A DNA stretch of 64,000 bases from positions 4,576,001 to 4,640,000 of the forward strand of contig OY762209.1 in the NCBI GenBank assembly GCA_963665295.1, given 5' to 3'. Source of the stretch: Syntrophorhabdaceae bacterium (GTDB lineage: Bacteria > Desulfobacterota > Syntrophorhabdia > Syntrophorhabdales > Syntrophorhabdaceae). Position numbers and translations under genes: made by a program. Shown piece after piece: positions 59,396 to 64,000 of the stretch. Position 1 is the stretch's first letter; each line of letters starts with the position of its first letter. The notes under the pieces were generated by a model, which saw nothing but the letters and a program-made list of their open reading frames with translations, was not told the origin of the DNA and made no database searches.

Positions 59396-59878
59396 ATGCA
59401 GGTATTTCACTCGGTGGTTTTGAGAGTCGGCAAGGTGATGGACGTGATCGGGGGGACCGTCCTTACCCTGATGATGCTTATCACCGTGCTGGACGTGGTC
59501 CTCCGGCTCTTCCGGAAGCCCATTACCGGCACGTATGAACTGGTTTTCCTGGGAGGCGCGGTGGTAATCGGATGCGCCATCCCCATCACTTCATGGGAGG
59601 GAGGACACGTGTGCGTCGACTTTCTGCTCGAACACTTCTCTCCCATGGCGAAGAAGGTCATCATGCTCCTCACGAGGCTCCTGGGCATCGCGTTCTTTCT
59701 CCTTCTCGCATGCAACCTCTTCCTCCTCGGGACCGATCTCTTCACGTCCGGAGAGGTGTCGCTCACGCTGCACGTGCCCTACTACCCCGCTGCCTATATC
59801 CTCGCGCTCTGCGCTTTCGTGGAGTGCCTCGTGCTCGTGTCGTCCTTTATAAAGATTATCGGGGGAGATCATGAATGA
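59396..59878 (+). CDS. dctQ: TRAP transporter small permease
   Basis: 4 TM; DVVLR, GHVCVD. Confidence 0.9.
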   Translation: MQVFHSVVLRVGKVMDVIGGTVLTLMMLITVLDVVLRLFRKPITGTYELVFLGGAVVIGCAIPITSWEGGHVCVDFLLEHFSPMAKKVIMLLTRLLGIAFFLLLACNLFLLGTDLFTSGEVSLTLHVPYYPAAYILALCAFVECLVLVSSFIKIIGGDHE

Positions 59879-61172
59879 GACCGTCGTAGGAGTCATCGTA
59901 CTCTGTCTGTTATTGGGGCTGTTTCTCACGGGTATCGAACTCGCCTTTGCCATGGGCATTCTCGGGGTGGCGGGGTTTGCCTACCTCGTGGACGTGCCGG
60001 CTGCCATGGGTCTCATGGCGAACGACTTTTTCGATGCCCTCGCATCATACGGGCTCACGGTCATCCCGCTCTTCGTACTCATGGGCCAGATCGCCTTCAA
60101 CGCGGGTATCGCGAAGAGGCTCTATGACTGCGCCCACAGGTTCTTAGGCCACATCCCCGGGGGCCTCGCCATCGCCACGGTGGCAGGGGCAACGGCCTTC
60201 AAGGCCATCTGCGGCTCCGTGGCAGCCACATCAGCCACCTTTGCGAGTGTGGCCGTGCCCGAGATGACAAAATACGGGTATGACAAGAAGCTCTCCACAG
60301 GGATCGTGGCCACAGTGGGCACCCTGGGCTGTCTTATCCCCCCGAGTGTGGTCCTCATCATATTCGGTATCGTGACCCAGCAGTCCATAGGGAGGCTCTT
60401 TCTCGCGGGCATCCTCCCCGGGCTCCTTATCGCATTCTTCTTTGTCGTGGTCATCTTCGGCTGGTGCAGGATAAACCCCAAGCTGGGCCCGAAGTGCGAG
60501 CCCTTCACCTGGGGCGAGAGAATGAAAACGGTGCCCGACGTCATATGGCCCATCGGCATCTTCCTCGTCATTATCGTGGGAATGATGAAGGGGTTCTTTA
60601 CCCCCACGGAAGCAGGGAGTATCGGGGCCTTCTCGGTCCTCGTGCTCTGCATCGCCAAAAAGAACATGAACTTCAAGGGATATGTGAAGTCCGTGAAGGA
60701 GTCCCTCAGGACCGCGTGTATGGTCCTTCTTCTCATTGCCACATCGAGCATGCTCGGGCACTTCATCGCAGTGACGAACATACCCAGCCGCCTCGGCGAA
60801 TGGACCTTAAGCCTCACGCTCCCGTCCTTTGTCGTGGTGGTCATGATATTCTTTATCTACCTCCTGGGCGGGTCGTTCATCGACGACCTGGCGTTTATGA
60901 TCCTCGCCACGCCCATATTCTTCCCCATCATCACGAAACTCGGGTATGACCCCCTCTGGGCAGGCATTGTCATCGCCCTTACCGTCTGCATAGGGTCCGT
61001 GGTCCCGCCCGTGGCGATCTGCGTTTTCATTGTGAGGAACATTACGAAGGTACCCATGGGGGTCATCTATTCCGGGGTCTACCCCTTTCTCATCTCCCTG
61101 GTCCTCGTGGTGGTGCTCTGTTTTCTCTTTCCCCAGATCGCCCTGTTTTTGCCTAATCTGCTTATGCCGTAG
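59871..61172 (+). CDS. dctM: TRAP transporter large permease
   Basis: IPLFVLMG, GTLGCLIPPS, FTPTEA. Confidence 0.93.
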   Translation: MNETVVGVIVLCLLLGLFLTGIELAFAMGILGVAGFAYLVDVPAAMGLMANDFFDALASYGLTVIPLFVLMGQIAFNAGIAKRLYDCAHRFLGHIPGGLAIATVAGATAFKAICGSVAATSATFASVAVPEMTKYGYDKKLSTGIVATVGTLGCLIPPSVVLIIFGIVTQQSIGRLFLAGILPGLLIAFFFVVVIFGWCRINPKLGPKCEPFTWGERMKTVPDVIWPIGIFLVIIVGMMKGFFTPTEAGSIGAFSVLVLCIAKKNMNFKGYVKSVKESLRTACMVLLLIATSSMLGHFIAVTNIPSRLGEWTLSLTLPSFVVVVMIFFIYLLGGSFIDDLAFMILATPIFFPIITKLGYDPLWAGIVIALTVCIGSVVPPVAICVFIVRNITKVPMGVIYSGVYPFLISLVLVVVLCFLFPQIALFLPNLLMP

Positions 61173-61187
61173 AAAAGAGGAGGAAGT

Positions 61188-62684
61188 ATGACCATAGGTG
61201 ATTTATTAGTAAGAAATGCCCACAAGTTCCCGGAGAAGACCGCCGTAGTCACGGAGGATGCGTCCTTTACCTTCCGCGCCCTCAACGAGCGGGTCAACAG
61301 TCTTGCCGGTCTTCTCATAAGCCGCGGCCTCGAAAAGGGAGACCGCATCGGGGTGGTGGTGCATAACGGACATCGTTTCATGGAGATCTACTTTGCCGCG
61401 GCAAAGACGGGGGGCATCTTCTGCCCCTATAACAACCACCTGAGAAGCGAGGAGCTTAAGGACCTCATCCAGTACTCGACGCCCAAGTTCCTCTTCTTCG
61501 ACGAGGACTTCGGCAGCATGATCGAGGGCCTTAAACCCGAACTCGCGGTGACTCACTATATCGGGGACTACGAAGGGCTCCTTGCGCCTTTTGCCGAGCC
61601 GGCCGTGAAGGTGACGGAAGAGGACGTGCTCTCCATCATCTTTACCGCAGGCACCACAGGCAAGCCGAAGGGCGCCATGAGGACCCACCGCCACCTCATG
61701 TCGGATGCCATTGCGAGCGCCATCGACCTCAGGGTGGAGTACGACGAGAAGGTGCTCATCACCTTTCCCATGTACCACGTGGCCGCGGAGGACAACATCG
61801 TGCGCCATTCCTTTCTGCCTAATACGATCTACATAAAGAAAGAAGGAGGCTTCAACCCCGAGGAGGTCCTCGCCTACATCTCGAAAGAGAAGATCACGAG
61901 GTGCCAGTTCGTCCCCACCATGATCCACAGCCTCCTCCAGATACCGGATGTGAGGAAGTTCGACCTTTCGAGCCTGAGGCTCATCCTCTACGCAGGTTCC
62001 CCCATGCCGGCCGAGCTTCTAAGGCAGGCCCTCGAGGTGTTCCCCTGCGGGTTCGCCCAACTCTATGGGCAGACGGAGAGCGGTCCCTTTACCACGGTCC
62101 TCAAGCCGGAGGACCATGACCTCACGAAGCCCGCAAGGCTCGCCTCCTCAGGCAAGGCGGCCCTCAACTACGAGATAAGGATTGTCGATGAGTCCGATAA
62201 GGACGTTGCCGTGGGCGAGGTGGGAGAGATCATCGGGAAGAGCGAGGCCATGACCATAGGGTACTGGCAGATGCCCGAGGCTACCGCGGAAAAGCTCCGG
62301 GGAGGCTGGCTCAGGACCGGGGACCTGGGGAGATTCGATGAAGAGGGGTTTATCTACATCGTGGAGAGGAAGAACGACATGATCATCTCCGGCGGGGTGA
62401 ACATCTATCCCCGTGAGGTGGAGGAAGTCCTCTACCGCCACCCCGCAGTATCGGAGGTATCGGTAATAGGGATACCCGACGAGCACTGGGGAGAGGTGGT
62501 AAAAGCGGCGGTGGTATTGAAGCCCGGGGCTTCCGCGGAACCCGCGGAGCTTATAGACTTCTGCGGCAAGAACCTGGCGGGGTATAAAAAACCCAAGTCC
62601 GTAGACTTCTGGGAAGAACTCCCCAAGAGTCCCCAGGGGAAGATCCTGAAGAAGGAGATAAGGAAGCATTACGGGGAAAAGTAA
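61188..62684 (+). CDS. Long-chain-fatty-acid/aryl-CoA ligase (AMP-binding)
   Basis: FTAGTTGKPKG, YGQTE, TGDLG, IISGGVNIYP, GKILK. Confidence 0.93.
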   Translation: MTIGDLLVRNAHKFPEKTAVVTEDASFTFRALNERVNSLAGLLISRGLEKGDRIGVVVHNGHRFMEIYFAAAKTGGIFCPYNNHLRSEELKDLIQYSTPKFLFFDEDFGSMIEGLKPELAVTHYIGDYEGLLAPFAEPAVKVTEEDVLSIIFTAGTTGKPKGAMRTHRHLMSDAIASAIDLRVEYDEKVLITFPMYHVAAEDNIVRHSFLPNTIYIKKEGGFNPEEVLAYISKEKITRCQFVPTMIHSLLQIPDVRKFDLSSLRLILYAGSPMPAELLRQALEVFPCGFAQLYGQTESGPFTTVLKPEDHDLTKPARLASSGKAALNYEIRIVDESDKDVAVGEVGEIIGKSEAMTIGYWQMPEATAEKLRGGWLRTGDLGRFDEEGFIYIVERKNDMIISGGVNIYPREVEEVLYRHPAVSEVSVIGIPDEHWGEVVKAAVVLKPGASAEPAELIDFCGKNLAGYKKPKSVDFWEELPKSPQGKILKKEIRKHYGEK

Positions 62685-62744
62685 GCCTCCGCCGTTCAAA
62701 TCCCTACGAAGAGACCTATGCAGGGCATGAGGATATGAAAGATG

Positions 62745-62792
62745 ACGGGAGAGGCGGTACACGGCTGCCGGTACCACGCCTCTCCCGTTTTT
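62745..62792 (+). terminator. Putative intrinsic terminator
   Basis: ACGGGAGAGGCG...CGCCTCTCCCGT followed by TTTT. Confidence 0.6.
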
Positions 62793-63043
62793 CGCGTCCG
62801 CCGGGACCCCGTCGGATCTGAGGCAAAACTATCCTTTTTCTTATCGAGTCACGAACGCGGCCCTGTGGGGAAACTGCCACAGACGGGGTGCTCCGCTTTA
62901 TCACGGAAATCCTCCATGGTAGCCGGTTGCAGGGTATAGAACTCCTTTCCCACGGTCCGCCATGGGACCTGCATGGAATTGTTCACACGATCTTTCAGAC
63001 GCCGCTACACTTTCGATACGGTATCACCGTGTCGAGAATCATT

Positions 63044-63310
63044 CTACGGCAGGTAGTCAAACCCTGAAAGCGGAGTAATGAGCGGGGGTCGTTCAAATCC
63101 GTCGGGACCGTAGTGGTTGTACTGGTGCACCCACCGATGCACGGCACTTGTGGTGCTTCCCACGTATTCCGCGACAATTTTGACCGGCAGTCCCCTGCTG
63201 GTAAGGTAAATCGATTGCCAGCGCTGAAAGTGATCATGGTCTTTTGCGGCCTTCATGCGTCGCTTCAGCTCACTTTCATTCAGATGATTCATCAATTTTG
63301 CAGGCTTCAC
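63044..63310 (-). CDS. Stand-alone HTH protein resembling an IS630 transposase N-terminus
   Basis: FQRWQSIYL...VAEYVG....VHRWVHQYNHYGPDG; strong AAGGAGGAGG RBS; no DDE domain follows. Confidence 0.65.
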   Translation of the reverse strand: MKPAKLMNHLNESELKRRMKAAKDHDHFQRWQSIYLTSRGLPVKIVAEYVGSTTSAVHRWVHQYNHYGPDGFERPPLITPLSGFDYLP

Positions 63311-63462
63311 AATGTCCTCCTCCTTGATGCGCCTCGGAACATGAAAATATTGTTACTTTGAATTCTACATAGTTGATTCTATAACATTTTTGACCATACT
63401 GCCCCTAATGTCAAGACAAATTTCACGGTCCCCGGCGGTTCCGGAAATCCGCGTGCCCTGAT

Positions 63463-63651
63463 TCACGTCCGGGGATCCCTTCGTCCCCCAAGGAGGTTGA
63501 GCAGAACAAGAATCATGGACACGGAAAGAAGGACTACTTCACGGATGCTCCTCTCTACCGTGCCCGGGATGATATGCCACCTTCCCGTCATCCCGCGTGT
63601 TTCCGCGCCCGGCCCATAGACGGTGTACTCGAAATTTTCTTGAAGTTTCAT
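63463..63651 (-). CDS. Small hypothetical protein (62 aa) with C-terminal hydrophobic helix
   Basis: AAGGAGG RBS 9 nt upstream of the ATG. Confidence 0.45.
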   Translation of the reverse strand: MKLQENFEYTVYGPGAETRGMTGRWHIIPGTVERSIREVVLLSVSMILVLLNLLGGRRDPRT

Positions 63652-64000
63652 GGCTCGGAACCTCCTTCGTATAGAGATTCGTACTTCCCCGCATGATAGG
63701 CCGCCCTTCTCCGTTATCTTGAAAGGCAGGCAGGTCGACCGGTTCGTTGCGCCAGTCCGGCTGCTATTTTCTCTTGTTCTTTGAAAATGTCTCAAGAAAT
63801 GTGCCGCGAACCCGGGGAGGGCATGGAACTCATGTGGATCCGACTCCGCAAAATAAAGGCATAGGGAAAACGGGGCGGACGTACCTTGAGATTCAAGACA
63901 ACGTCTCATAGTGTAAGACACTGTCTTGCGGGACGATAGACGGGAAGCGGTTGATCGGGCCGCGAAGAGGACACCCGGGCTACAGGGCGACAAAAGTCCG

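Noticed and set aside
1..64000. CRISPR arrays, tRNA or rRNA genes
   Set aside because: No regularly spaced repeats or recognisable structural RNA genes seen.

Overview
A 64 kb, GC-rich bacterial chromosomal segment. The gene repertoire (multi-PAS/LuxR regulator, acyl-CoA dehydrogenase-TRAP-CoA ligase block, multiheme cytochromes) suggests an anaerobic Desulfobacterota, Syntrophorhabdus-like host; this is inference only. From left to right: (1) the 3' end of fumC; (2) a yybP-ykoY (Mn2+) riboswitch with promoter and terminator ahead of a type IIA P-type ATPase; (3) a stress cluster (msrB, DUF362-ferredoxin, O-methyltransferase, APH/AAA kinase, UspA, hemerythrin); (4) a Cache-domain-fused pentameric ligand-gated ion channel homolog; (5) sppA, putA, a NarL regulator, an amino-acid permease and an ABC exporter; (6) a complete 2.6 kb IS1595 (25-bp IRs, 8-bp TSD) carrying passenger genes, including a HEPN-motif protein, with LexA-box-like sites inside inward promoters at both ends; (7) two genes resembling archaeal methanogenesis markers (Mmp11/DUF1743-like and Mmp4/MtxX); (8) a complete IS1380; (9) a fluoride riboswitch in front of a dynamin-like GTPase and a GalT-like gene; (10) a 7-heme flavocytochrome c; (11) a roughly 13.6 kb alternative complex III plus cbb3-type oxidase operon with maturation genes; (12) regulators and an acyl-CoA catabolic/TRAP operon. 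The most notable candidates are the methanogen-marker pair in a bacterium, the fluoride-riboswitch/dynamin unit, the Cache-pLGIC, and the SOS-box-gated IS1595 with HEPN cargo. All family assignments come from recognised motifs, not database searches.
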